A DNA stretch of 64,000 nt from Eledone cirrhosa (Eukaryota): positions 210,304,001 through 210,368,000 of the forward strand of contig OZ024743.1 in NCBI GenBank assembly GCA_964016885.1, written 5' to 3'. The notes under the pieces were generated by a model. The model was not told the origin of the DNA. It was given only the letters and a program-made list of their open reading frames with translations, and did no database searches. Numbering within the stretch: position 1 is the first letter of the stretch; each line of letters opens with the position of its first letter. Both the position numbers and the translations under genes were made by a program. Positions 1 to 15,900 of the stretch are shown in pieces.

Positions 1-3000
1 TTTACCATCCTATAGCCACAAATGAAAGCTCTTCACTCCATTAGATATACCTCAGTTTACCATCCTATAGCCACAGATGAAAGCTGTTCACTCCATAAGA
101 TATACCACAGTTTACTATCGTATAGCCACACATGAGAGCTCTTCACTCCATAAGATATACCACAGTTTACCATCCTATGGCCACACATGAAAGCTCTTCA
201 CCCCATAAGATATACCACAGTTTACCACCCTATAGCCAGATGAAAGCTCTTCACTCCGTAAAATATACCACAGTTTACCATCCTATAGCCACACATGAAA
301 GCTCTTCACTCCATAAGATATACCACAGTTTACCATCCTATAGCCAGAGATGAAAGCTGTTCACTCCATAAGATATACCACAGTTTACCATCCTATAGCC
401 ACACATGAAAGCTCTTCATTCCATAAGATATACCACAGTTTCCATCCTATAGCCAGATGAAAGCTCTTCACTCCATAAGATATACCACAGTTTACCATCC
501 TATAGCAAGATGAAAGCTCTTCACTCCATAAGATATACGACAGTTTACCATCCTATAGCCACACATGAAAACTCTTCAATCCATAAGATATACCTCAGTT
601 TACCATCTTATAGCCACAGATGAAAGCTCTTCACTCCATAAGATATACCACGGTTTACCATCCTATAGCCACACATGAAAGCTCTTCACGCCATAAGATA
701 TACCTCAGTTTACCATCCTATAGCCACAGATGAAAGCTCTCCACTCCATAAGATATACCACAGTTTACCATCCTATAGCCACACATGAGAGCTCTTCACT
801 CCATAAGATATACCACAGTTTACCATCCTATAGCAACAGATGAAAGCTCATCACTCCATAAGATATACCACAGTTTACCATCCTATAGCCACAGATGAAA
901 GCTCTTCACTCCATAAGATATACCACAGTTTACCATCCTATAGCCACACATGAAAGCTCTTCACTCCATAAGATATACCACAGTTTACCATCCTATGGCC
1001 ACACATGAAAGCTCTTCACCCCATAAGATATACCACAGTTTACCATCCTATAGCCACACATGAAAGCTCTTCACTCCATAAGATATACCACAGTTTACCA
1101 TCCTATAGCCACAGATGAAAGCTCTTTACCCCATAAGATATACCACAGTTTACCATCCTATAGCCACACATGAAAGCTCTTCACGCCATAAGATATACCA
1201 CGGTTTACCATCCTATAGCCAGATGAAAGCTCTTCACTCCATAAGATATACCACAGTTTACAATCCTATAGCCACAGATGAAAGCTCTTCACTCCATAAG
1301 ATATACCACAGTTTACCATCCTATAGCCAGATGAAAGCTCTTCACTCCATAAGATATACCACAGTTTACCATTCTATAGCCACACATGAAAGCTCTTCAA
1401 TCCATAAGATATACCCCAGTTTACCATCCTATAGCCAGATGAAAGCTCTTCACTCCATAAGATATACCACAGTTTACCACCCTATAGCCACAGATGAAAG
1501 CTCTTCACTCCATGAGATATACCACAGTTTACAATCCTATAGCCACAGATGAAGGCTCTTCACTCCATAAGATATACCACAGTTTACCATCCTATGGCCA
1601 CAGATGAAAGCTCTTCACTCCATAAGATATACCACAGTTTACCATCCTATAGCCACAGATGAAAGCTCTTCACTCCATAAGATATACCACAGTTTACCAT
1701 CCTATAGCCACACATGAAAGCTCTTCACTCCATAAGATATACCACAGTTTACCATCCTATAGTCAAGCCACGGATGAAAGCTCTTCACTCCATAAGATAT
1801 ACCACAGTTTACCATCCTATAGTCACACATGAAAGCTCTTCACTCCATAAGATATAACACAGTTTACCATCCTATAGCCAGATGAAAGCTCTTCACTCCA
1901 TAAGATATACCACAGTTTACCATCCTATAGCCACAGATGAAAGCTCGTCACTCCATAAGATATACCACAGTTTACCATCCTATAGCCACAGATGAAAGCT
2001 CTTCACTCCATAATATATACCACAGTTTACCATCCTATAGCCACAGATGAAAGCTGTTCACTCCATAAGATATACCACAGTTTACCATCCTATAGCCACA
2101 CATGAAAGCTCTTCACTCCATAAGACATACCACAGTTTACCATCCTATAGCCACACATGAAAGTTCTTCAATCCATAAGATATACCACAGTTTACCATCC
2201 TATAGTCAGATGAAAGCTCTTCACTCCATAAGATATACCACAGTTAACCATCCTATAGCCACAGATGAAAGCTCTTCACTCCAAAAGATATACCACAGTT
2301 TACCATCCTATAGCCACAGATGAAAGCTGTTCACTCCATAAGATATACCATAGTTTACCATCCTATAGCCACACATGAAAGCTCTTCACTCCATAAGATA
2401 TACCACAGTTTACCATCCTATAGCCACAGATGAAAGCTGTTCACTCCATAAGATATACCACAGTTTACCATCCTATAGCCAGATGAAAGCTCTTCACTCC
2501 ATAAGATATACCACAGTTTACCATCCTAAAGCCACAGATGAAAGCTCTTCACTCCATAAGATATACCACAGTTTACCATCCTATAGCCACAGATGAAAGC
2601 TGTGTACTCCATAAGATATACCACAGTTTACCATCCTATATCCAGATGAAAGCTCTTCACTCCATAAGATATACCACAGTTTACCATCCTATAGCCACAG
2701 ATGAAAGCTGTTCACTCCATAAGATATACCACAGTTTACCATCCTATAGCCAGATGAAAGCTCTTCACTACATAAGATATACCACAGTTTACCATTCTAA
2801 AGCCACAGATGAAAGCTCTTCACTCCATAAGATATACCACAGTTTACCATCCTATAGCCACAGATGAAAGCTCTTAACTCCATAAGATATACCACAGTTT
2901 ACCATCCTATAGCCACAGATGAAAGCTCTTCACTCCATAAGATATACCACAGTTTACCATCCTATAGCCACAGATGAAAGCTCTTCACTCCATAAGATAT

Positions 3001-3849
3001 ACCACAGTTTACCATCCTATAGCCGCAGATGAAAGCTCTTCACCCCATAAGATATACCACAGTTTACCATCCTATAGCCACACATGAAAGCTCTTCACTC
3101 CATAAGATATACCACAGTTTACCATCCTATAGCCACAGATGAAAGCTCTTCACCCCATAAGATATACCACAGTTTACCATCCTATAGCCACACATGAAAG
3201 CTCTTCACTCCATAAGATATACCACATTTTACCATCCTATAGCCACACATGAAAGCTCTTCACTCCATAAGATATACCACAGTTTACCATCCTATAGCCA
3301 CACATGAAAGCTCTTCACGCCATAAGATATACCTCAGTTTACCATCCTATAGCCACAGATCAAAGCTCTTCACTCCATAAGATATACGACAGTTTACCAT
3401 CCTATAGCCACACATGAAAGCTCTTCACTCCATAAGATATACCTCAGTTTACCATCCTATAGCCACAGATGAAAGCTGTTCACTCCATAAGATATACCAC
3501 AGTTTACTATCCTATAGCCACACATGAGAGCTCTTCACTCCATAAGATATACCACAGTTTACCATCCTATGGCCACACATGAAAGCTCTTCACCCCATAA
3601 GATATACCACAGTTTACCACCCTATAGCCAGATGAAAGCTCTTCACTCCGTAAAATATACCACAGTTTACCATCCTATAGCCACACATGAAAGCTCTTCA
3701 CTCCATAAGATATACCACAGTTTACCATCCTATAGCCAGAGATGAAAACTGTTCACTCCATAAGATATACGACAGTTTACCATCCTATAGCCACAGATTA
3801 AAGCTGTTCACTCCATAAGATATACGACAGTTTACCATCCTATAGCCAG

Positions 3850-6800
3850 ATGAAAGCTCTTCACTCCATAAGATATACCACAGATTACCATCCTATAGCC
3901 ACAGATGAAAGCTGTTCACTCCATAAGATATACCACAGTTTACCATCCTATAGCCAGATGAAAGCTCTTCACTCCATAAGATATACCACAGTTTACCATC
4001 CTATAGCCACAGATGAAAGCTCTTCACACCATAAGATATACCACAGTTTACCATCCTATAGCCACAGATGAAAGCTCTTCACTCCATAAGATATACCACA
4101 GTTTAACATCCTATAGCCACAGATGAAAGCTCTTCACTCCATACGATATACCACAGTTTACCATCCTATAGCCACAGATGAAAGCTCTTCACTGCATAAG
4201 ATATACCACAGTTTACCATCCTATAGCCACAGATGAAAGCTCTTCACCCCATAAGATTTACCCCAGTTTACCATCCTATAGCCACACATGAAAGCTCTTC
4301 ACTTCATAAGATATACCACAGTTTACCATCCTATAGCCACAGATAAAAGCTCTTCACCCCATAAGATATACCACAGTTTACCATCCTATAGCCACACATG
4401 AAAGCTCTTCACTCCATAAGATATACCACAATTTACCATCCTATAGCCACACATGAAAGCTCTTCACTCCATAAGATATACCACAGTTTACCATCCTATA
4501 GCCACACATGAAAGCTCTTCACTCCATAAGATATACCACAGTTTACCATCCTATAGCCACACATGAAAGCTCTTCACTCCATGAGATATACCACAGTTTA
4601 CCATCCTATAGCCACAGATGAAAGCTCTTCACCCCATAAGATATACCACAGTTTACCATCCTATAGCCACAGATGAAAGCTCTTCACCCCATGAGATATA
4701 CCACAGTTTACCATCCTATAGCCACACATGAAAGCTCTTCACTCCATAAGATATACCACAGTTTACCATCCTATAGCCACACATGAAAGCTCGTCACTCC
4801 ACAAGATAAACCACAGTTTACCATCCTATAGCCACACATGAAAGCTCTTCACGCCATAACATATACCACAGTTTACCATCCTATAGCCAGAGATGAAAGC
4901 TCTTCACTCCATAAGATATACCACAGTTTACCATGCTATAGCCACAGATGAAAGCTGTTCACTCCATAAGATATACCACAGTTTACCATCCTATAGCCAC
5001 ACATGAAAGCTCTTCACTCCATAAGATATACCACAGTCTACCATCCTATAGCCACAGATGAAAGCTCTTCACCCCATAAGATATACCACAGTTTACCATC
5101 CTATAACCACACATGAAAGCTCTTCACTCCATAAGATATACCACATGTTACCATCCTATAGCCACACATGAAAGCTCTTCGCTCCATAAGATATACCACA
5201 GTTTACCATCCTATTGCCAGATGAAAGCTCTTCACTCCATAAGATATACCACAGTTTACCTTCCTATAGCCAGATGAAAGCTCTTCACTCCATAAGATAT
5301 ACCACAGTTTACCATCCTATAGCCACAGATGAAAGCTCTTCACTCCATAAGATATACCACAGTTTACCATTCTATAGCCACAGATGAAAGCTCTTCACTC
5401 CATAAGATATACGACAGTTTACCATCCTATAGCCACAGATGAAAGCTCTTCACCCCATAAGATATACCACAGTTTACCATCCTATAGCCACACATGAAAG
5501 CTCTTCACCCCATAAGATATACCACAGTTTACCATCCTATTGCCACACATTAAAGCTCTTCACACCATAAGATATACGACAGATTACCATCCTATAGCCA
5601 CAGATGAAAGCTGTTCACTGCATAAGATATACCACAGTTTACCATCCTATAGCCAGATGAAAGCTCTTCACTCCATAAGATATACCACAGATTACCATCC
5701 TATAGCCACAGATGAAAGCTGTTCACTGCATAAGATATACCACAGTTTACCATCCTATAGCCAGATGAAAGCTCCTCACTCCATAAGATATACCACAGTT
5801 TACCATCCTATAGCCACAGATGAAAGCTCTTCACTCCATAAGATATCCCACAGTATACCATCCTATAGCCACAGATGAAAGCTCTTCACTGCATGAGATA
5901 TACCACAGTTTAACATCCTATAGCCACAGATAAAAGCTCTTCACTCCATACGATATACCACAGTTTACCATCCTATAGCCACAGATTAAAGCTCTTCACT
6001 CCATAAGATATACCACAGTTTACCATCCTATAGCCACAGATGAAAGCTCTTCACCCCATAAGATATACCCCAGTTTACCATCCTATAGCCACACATGAAA
6101 GCTCTTCACTCCATAAGATATACCACAGTTTACCATCCTATAGCCACAGATAAAAGCTCTTCACCCCATAAGATATACCACAGTTTACCATCCTATAGCC
6201 ACACATGAAAGCTCTTCACTCCATAAGATATACCACAGTTTACCATCCTATAGCCACACATGAAAGCTCTTCACTCCATAAGATATACCACATTTTACCA
6301 TCCTATAGCCACACATGAAAGCTCTTCACTCCATAAGATATACCACAGTTTACCATCCTATAGCCACACATGAAAGCTCTTCACTCCATAAGATATACCA
6401 CAGTTTACCATCCTATAGCCACAGATGAAAGCTCTTCACCCCATAAGATATACCACAGTTTACCATCCTATAGCCACAGATGAAAGCTCTTCACCCCATG
6501 AGATATACCACAGTTTACCATCCTATAGCCACACATGAAAGCTCTTCACTCCATAAGATATACCACAGTTTACCATCCTATAGCCACACATGAAAGCTCG
6601 TCACTCCATAAGATATACCACAGTTTACCATCCTATAGCCACACATGAAAGCTCTTCACGCATAAGATATACCACAGTTTACCATCCTATAGCCACAGAT
6701 GAAAGCTCTTCACTCCATAAGATATGCCACAGTTTACCATGCTATAGCCACTGATGAAAGCTGTTCACTCCATAAGATATACCACAGTTTACCATCCTAT

Positions 6801-6900
6801 AGCCACACATGAAAGCTCTTCACTCCATAAGATATACCACAGTCTACCATCCTATAGCCACAGATGAAAGCTCTTCACCCCATAAGATATACCACAGTTT
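3850..6900. repeat. Older, diverged higher-order duplication with ~1807-bp offset
   Basis: Rare variants recur at a 1807-bp offset: GTTTAAC 4101/5908, ATACGATA 4141/5948, CCCCAGTT 4261/6068, TCGTCAC 4791/6598. Several private differences separate the copies. Confidence 0.75.
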
Positions 6901-9900
6901 ACCATCCTATAGCCACACATGAAAGCTCTTCACTCCATAAGATATACCACAGTTTACCATCCTATAGCCACACATGAGAGCTCTTCACTCCATAAGATAT
7001 ACAACAGTTTACCATCCTATGGCCACACATGAAAGCTCTTCACCCCATAAGATATACCACAGTTTACCATCCTATAGCCAGATGAAAGCTCTTCACTCCG
7101 TAAAATATACCACAGTTTACCATCCTATAGCCACACATGAAAGCTCTTCACTCCATAAGATATACGACAGTTTACCATCCTATAGCCACAGATGAAAGCT
7201 GTTCACTCCATAAGATATACGACAGTTTACCATCCTATAGGCAGAGTTGAAAGCTGTTCACTCCATAAGATATACGACAGTTTACCATCCTATAGCCAGA
7301 TGAAAGCTCTTCACTCCATAAGATATACCACAGATTACCATCCTATAGCCACAGATGAAAGCTGTTCACTCCATAAGATATACCACAGTTTACCATCCTA
7401 TAGCCAGGTGAAAGCTCTTCACTCCATAAGATATACCACAGTTTACCATCCTATAGCCACAGATGAAAGCTGTTCACTCCATAAGATATACCACAGTTTA
7501 CCATCCTATAGCCAGATGAAAGCTCTTCACTCCATAAGATATACCACAGTTTACCATCCTATAGCCACAGATGAAAGCTCTTCACTTCATAAGATATACC
7601 ACAGTTTACCATTCTATAGCCACAAATGAAAGCTCTTCACTCCATAAGATATACCACAGTTTACCATCCTATAGCCACAGATGAAAGCTCTTCACCCCAT
7701 AAGATATACCACAGTTTACCATCCTATAGCCACACATGAAAGATCTTCACCCCATAAGATATACCACAGTTTACCATCCTATAGCCACACATGAAAGCTC
7801 TTCACTCCATAAGATATACCACAGTTTATCATCCTATAGCCAGATGAAAGCTCTTCACTCCATAAGATATACGACAGTTTACCATCCTATAGCCACACAT
7901 GAAATCTCTTCACTCCATAAGATATACCACAGTTTACCATCCTATAGCCACACATGAAAGCTCTTCACTCCATAAGATATACCTCAGTTTACCATCCTAT
8001 AGCCACAGATGAAAGCTCTTCACTCCATAAGATATACCACAGTTTACTATCCTATAGCCACACATGAGAGCTCTTCACTCCATAAGATATACCACAGTTT
8101 ACCATCCTATGGCCACACATGAAAGCTCTTCACCCCATAAGATATACGACAGTTTACCATCCTATAGCCACACATGAAAGCTCTTCACTCCATAAGATAT
8201 ACCACACTTTACCATCCTATAGCCACACATGAAAGCTCTTCACTCCATAAGATATACCACAGTTTACCATCCTATAGCCACACATGAAAGCTCTTCACTC
8301 CATAAGATATACCACCGTTTACCATCCTATAGCCACACATGAAAGCTCTTCACTCCATAAGATATACCACAGTTTACCATCCTATAGCCACAGATGAAAG
8401 CTCTTCACCCCATGAGATATACCACAGTTTACCATCCTATAGCCACACATGAAGGCTCTTCACTCCATAAGATATACCACAGTTTACCATCCTATAGCCA
8501 CACATGAAAGCTCGTCACTCCATAAGATATACCTCAGTTTACCATCCTATAGCCACAGATGAAAGCTCTTCACTCCATAAGATATAGCACAGTTTACCAT
8601 CCTATAGCCACAGATGAAAGCTCTTCACTCCATAAGATATACCACAGTTTACCATGCTATAGCCACAGATGAAAGCTGTTCACTCCATAAGATATACCAC
8701 AGTTTACCATCCTATAGCCACACATGAAAGCTCTTCACTCTATAAGATATACCACAGTCTACCATCCTATAGCCACAGATGAAAGCTCTTCACCCCATAA
8801 GATATACCACAGTTTACCATCCTATAGCCACACATGAAAGCACTTCACTCCATAAGATATACCACAGTTTACCATCCTATAGCCACACATGAAAGCTCTT
8901 CACTCCATAAGATATACCACAGTTTACCATCCTATAGCCACAGATGAAAGCTCTTCACCCCATAAGATATACCACAGTTTACCATCCTATAGCCACACAT
9001 GAAAGCTCTTCACCCCATAAGATATACCACAGTTTACCATCCTATTGCCACACATGAAAGCTCTTCACTCAATAAGATATACCACAGTTTACCATCCTAT
9101 AGCCACACATGAAAGCTCTTCACTCCATAAGATATACCACAGTTTACCATCCTATAGCCAGATGAAAGCTCTTCACTCCATAAGATATACGACAGTTTAC
9201 CATCCTATAGCCACAGATGAAATCTCTTCACTCCATAAGATATACCTCAGTTTACCATCCTATAGCCACAGATGAAAGCTCTTCACTCCATAAGATATAC
9301 CACAGTTTACTATCCTATAGCCACACATGAGAGCTCTTCACTCCATAAGATATACCACAGTTTACCATCCTATGGCCACACATGAAAGCTCTTCACCCCA
9401 TAAGATATACCACAGTTTACCATCCTATAGCCAGATGAAAGCTCTTCACTCCGTAAAATATACCACAGTTTACCATCCTATAGCCACACATGAAAGCTCT
9501 TCACTCCATAAGATATACGACAGTTTACCATCCTATAGCCACAGACGAAAGCTGTTCACTCCATAAGATATACGACAGTTTACCATCCTATAGCCACAGT
9601 TGAAAGCTGTTCACTCCATAAGATATACGACAGTTTACCATCCTATAGCCAGATGAAGCTCTTCACTCCATAAGATATACCACAGATTACCATCCTATAG
9701 CCACAGATGAAAGCTGTTCACTCCAAAAGATATACCACAGTTTACCATCCTATAGCCAGATGAAAGCTCTTCACTCCATAAGATATACCACAGTTTACCA
9801 TCCTATAGCCACAGATGAAAGCTGTTCACTCCATAAGATATACCACAGTTTACCATCCTATAGCCACAGATGAAAGCTGTTCACTCCATAAGATATACCA

Positions 9901-12900
9901 CAGTTTACCATTCTATAGCCACAGATGAAAGCTCTTCACTCCATAAGATATACCACAGTTTACCATCCTATAGCCACAGATGAAAGCTGTTCACTCCATA
10001 AGATATACCACAGTTTACCATCCTATAGCCACAGATGAAAGCTCTTCACTCCATAAGATATACCGCAGTTTACCATCCTATAGCCACAGATGAAAGCTCT
10101 TCACTCCATAAGATATACCACAGTTTAACATCCTATAGCCACAGATGAAAGCTCTTAACTCCATACGATATACCACAGTTTACCATCCTATAGCCACAGA
10201 TAAAAGCTCTTCACCCCATAAGATATACCACAGTTTACTATCCTATAGCCACACATGAAAGCTCTTCACTCCATAAGATATACCACAGTTTACCATCCTA
10301 TAGCCACACATTAAAGCTCTTCACTCCATAAGATATACCACAGTTTACCATCCTATAGCCACACATGAAAGCTCTTCACTCCATAAGATATACCACAGTT
10401 TACCATCCTATAGCCACAGATGAAAGCTCTTCACCCCATAAGATATACCACAGTTTACCATCCTATAGCCACACATGAAAGCTCTTCACTCCATAAGATA
10501 TACCACAGTTTACCATCCTATAGCCACACATGAAAGCTCTTCACTCCATAAGATATACCACAGTTTACCATCCTATAGCCACACATGAAAGCTCTTCACT
10601 CCATAAGATATACCACAGTTTACCATCCTATAGCCACTGATGAAAGCTCTTCACCCCATAAGATATACCACAGTTTACCATCCTATAGCCACAGATGAAA
10701 GCTCTTCACCCCATGAGATATACCACAGTTTACCATCCTATAGCCACAGATGAAAGCTCTTCACCCCATAAGATATACCACAGTTTACCATCCTATAGCC
10801 ACACATGAAAGCTCTTCACTCCATATGATATACCACAGTTTACCATCCTATAGCCACAGATGAAAGCTCTTCACCCCATAAGATATACCACAGTTTACCA
10901 TCCTATTGCCACACATGAAAGCTCTTCACTCCATAAGATATACCACAGTTTACCATCCTATGGCCACAGATGAAAGCTCTTCACCCCATAAGATATACCA
11001 CAGTTTACCATCCTATAGCCAGATGAAAGCTCTTCACTCCGTAAAATATACCACAGTTTACCATCCTATAGCCACAGATGAAAGCTGTTCACTCCATAAG
11101 ATATACGACATTTTATCATACTATAGCCACAGTTGAAAGCTGTTCACTCCATAAGATATACGACGGGTTACCATCCTATAGCCAGATGAAAGCTCTTCAC
11201 TCCATAAGATATACCACAGATTCCATCCTATAGCCACAGATGAAAGCTGTTCACTCCATAAGATATACCACAGTTTACCATCCTATAGCCAGATGAAAGC
11301 TGTTCACTCCATAAGATATACCACAGTTTACCATCCTATAGCCAGATGAAAGCTCTTCATTCCATAAGATATACCACAGGTTACCATCCTATAGCCACAG
11401 ATGAAAGCTGTTCACTTCATAAGATATACCACAGTTTACCATTCTATAGCCACAGATGAAAGCTCTTCACTCCATAAGATATACCACAGTTTACCATCCT
11501 ATAGCCACAGATGAAAGCTCTTCACTCCATGAGATATACCACAGTTTACCATCCTATAGCCACAGATGACAGCTCTTCACCCCATAAGATATACCACAGT
11601 TTACCATCCTATAGCCACACAAGAAAGCTCTTCACTCCATAAGATATACCACAGTTTACCATCCTATAGCGACAGATAAAAGCTCTTCACCCCATAAGAT
11701 ATACCACAGTTTACCATCCTATAGCCACACATGAAAGCTCTTCACTCCATAAGATATACCACAGTTTACCATCCTATAGCCACACATGAAAGCTCTTCAC
11801 TCCATAAGATATACCACAGTTTACCATCCTATAGCCACACATGAAAGCTCTTCACTCCATAAGATATACCACAGTTTACCATCCTATAGCCACACATGAA
11901 AGCTCTTCACTCCATAAGATATACCACAGTTTACCATCCTATAGCCACAGATGAAAGCTCTTCACCCCATAAGATATACCACAGTTTACCATCCTATAGC
12001 CACACTTGAAAGCTCTTCACTCCATAAGATATACCACAGTTTACCATCCTATAGCCACAGATGAAAGCTGTTCACTCCATAAGATATACCACAGTTTACC
12101 ATCCTATAGCCACAGATCAAAGCTGTTCACTCCATAAGATATACCACAGTTTACCATCCTATAGCCACAGATGAAAGCTGTTCACTCCATAAGATATACC
12201 ACAGTTTACCATCCTATAGCCACACATGAAAGCTCTTCACTCCATAAGATATACCACAGTTTACCATCCTATTGCCACACATTAAAGCTCTTCACTCCAT
12301 AAGATATACCACAGTTTACCATCCTATAGCCACACATGAAAGCTCTTCACTCCATAAGATATACCACAGTTTACCATCCTATAGCCAGATGAAAGCTCTT
12401 CACTCCATAAGATATACGACAGTTTACCATCCTATAGCCACACATGAAATCTCTTCACTCCATAAGATATACCACAGTTTACCATCCTATAGCCACACAT
12501 GAAAGCTCTTCACTCCATCAGATATACCTGTTTACCATCCTATAGCCACAGATGAAAGCTCTTCACTCCATAAGATATACCACAGTTTACTATCCTATAG
12601 CCACACATGAGAGCTCTTCACTCCATAAGATATACCACAGTTTACCATCCTATGGCCACACATGAAAGCTCTTCACCCCATAAGATATACGACAGTTTAC
12701 CATCCTATAGCCAGATGAAAGCTCTTCACTCCGTAAAATATACCACATTTTACCATCCTATAGCCACACATGAAAGCTCTTCACTCCATAAGATATACCA
12801 CAGTTTACCATCCTATAGCCAGAGATGAAAGCTGTTCACTCCATAAGATATACGACAGTTTACCATCCTATAGCCACAGATGAAAGCTCTTCACTCCATA

Positions 12901-12989
12901 AGATATACCACAGTTTACCATCCTATAGCCACAGATAAAAGCTCTTCACCCCATAAGATATACCACAGTTTACCATCCTATAGCCACAC

Positions 12990-15900
12990 ATGAAAGCTCT
13001 TCACTCCATAAGATATACCACAGTTTACCATCCTATAGCCACACATGAAAGCTCTTCACTCCATAAGATATACCACAGTTTACCATCCTATAGCCAGATG
13101 AAAGCTCTTCACTCCATAAGATATACGACAGTTTACTATCCTATAGCCACACATGAAATCTCTTCACTCCATAAGATATACCTCAGTTTACCATCCTATA
13201 GCCACAGATGAAAGCTCTTCACTCCATAAGATATACCACAGTTTACTATCCTATAGCCACACATGAGAGCTCTTCACTCCATAAGATATACCACAGTTTA
13301 CCATCCTATGGCCACACATGAAAGCTCTTCACCCCATAAGATATACCACAGTTTACCATCCTATAGCCAGATGAAAGCTCTTCACTCCGTAAAATATACC
13401 ACAGTTTACCATCCTATAGCCACACATGAAAGCTCTTCACTCCATAAGATATACGACAGTTTACCATCCTATAGCCACAGATGAAAGCTGTTCACTCCAT
13501 AAGATATACGACAGTTTACCATCCTATAGCCACAGTTCAAAGTTGTTCACTCCATAAGATATACGACAGTTTACCATCCTATAGCCAGATGAAGCTCTTC
13601 ACTCCATAAGATATACCACAGATTAACATCCTATAGCCACAGATGAAAGCTGTTCACTCCATAAGATATACCACAGTTTACCATCCTATAACCAGATGAA
13701 AGCTCTTCACTCCATAAGATATACCACAGTTTACCATCCTATAGCCACAGATGAAAGCTGTTCACTCCATAAGATATACCACAGTTTACCATCCTATAGC
13801 CAGATGAAAGCTCTTCACTCCATAAGATATACCACAGTTTACCATCCTATAGCCACAGATGAAAGCTGTTCACTCCATAAGATATACCACAGTTTACCAT
13901 TCTATAGCCACAGATGAAAGCTCTTCACTCCATAAGATATACCACAGTTTACCATCCTATAGCCACAGATGAAAGCTCTTCACCCCATAAGATATACGAC
14001 AGTTTACCATCCTATAGCCACACATGAAATCTCTTCACTCCATAAGATATACCACAGTTTACCATCCTATAGCCACACATGAAAGCTCTTCACTCCATAA
14101 GATATACCACAGTTTACCATCCTATAGCCACACATGAAAGCTCTTCACTCCATAAGACATACCACAGTTTACCATCCTATAGCCACACATGAAAGCTCTT
14201 CACTCCATAAGATATACCACAGTTTACCATCCTATAGCCACACATGAAAGCTCTTCACTCCATAAGATATACCACAGTTTACCATCCTATAGCCACAGAT
14301 GAAAGCTCTTCACCCCATGAGATATACCACAGTTTACCATCCTATAGCCACACATGAAGGCTCTTCACTCCATAAGATATACCACAGTTTACCATCCTAT
14401 AGCCACAGATGAAAGCTCTTCACTCCATAAGATATACCACAGTTTACCATCCTATAGCCACAGATGAAAGCTGTTCACTCCATAAGATATACCACAGTTT
14501 ACCATCCTATAGCCACACATGAAAGCTCTTCACTCTATAAGATATACCACAGTCTACCATCCTATAGCCACAGATGAAAGCTCTTCACCCCATAAGATAT
14601 ACCACAGTTTACCATCCTATAGCCACACATGAAAGCACTTCACTCCATAAGATATACCACAGTTTACCATCCTATAGCCACACATGAAAGCTCTTCACTC
14701 CATAAGATATACCACAGTTTACCATCCTATAGCCACAGATGAAAGCTCTTCACCCCATAAGATATACCACAGTTTACCATCCTATAGCCACACATGAAAG
14801 CTCTTCACCCCATAAGATATACCACAGTTTACCATCCTATTGCCACACATGAAAGCTCTTCACTCAATAAGATATACCACAATTTACTATCCTATAGCCA
14901 CACATGAAAGCTCTTCACTCCATAAGATATACCACAGTTTACCATCCTATAGCCAGATGAAAGCTCTTCACTCCATAAGATATACGACAGTTTACCATCC
15001 TATAGCCACACATGAAATCTCTTCACTCCATAAGATATACCTCAGTTTACCATCCTATAGCCACAGATGAAAGCTCTTCACTCCATAAGATATACCACAG
15101 TTTACTATCCTATAGCCACACATGAGAGCTCTTCACTCCATAAGATATACCACAGTTTACCATCCTATGGCCACACATGAAAGCTCTTCACCCCATAAGA
15201 TATACCACAGTTTACCATCCTATAGCCAGATGAAAGCTCTTCACTCCGTAAAATATACCACAGTTTACCATCCTATAGCCACACATGAAAGCTCTTCACT
15301 CCATAAGATATACGACAGTTTACCATCCTATAGCCACAGTTGAAAGCTGTTCACTCCATAAGATATACGACAGTTTACCATCCTATAGCCAGATGAAGCT
15401 CTTCACTCCATAAGATATACCACAGATTAACATCCTATAGCCACAGATGAAAGCTGTTCACTCCATAAGATATACCACAGTTTACCATCCTATAACCAGA
15501 TGAAAGCTCTTCACTCCATAAGATATACCACAGTTTACCATCCTATAGCCACAGATGAAAGCTGTTCACTCCATAAGATATACCACAGTTTACCATCCTA
15601 TAGCCAGATGAAAGCTCTTCACTCCATAAGATATACCACAGTTTACCATCCTATAGCCACAGATGAAAGCTGTTCACTCCATAAGATATACCACAGTTTA
15701 CCATTCTATAGCCACAGATGAAAGCTCTTCACTCCATAAGATATACCACAGTTTACCATCCTATAGCCACAGATGAAAGCTCTTCACCCCATAAGATATA
15801 CGACAGTTTACCATCCTATAGCCACACATGAAATCTCTTCACTCCATAAGATATACCACAGTTTACCATCCTATAGCCACACATGAAAGCTCTTCACTCC

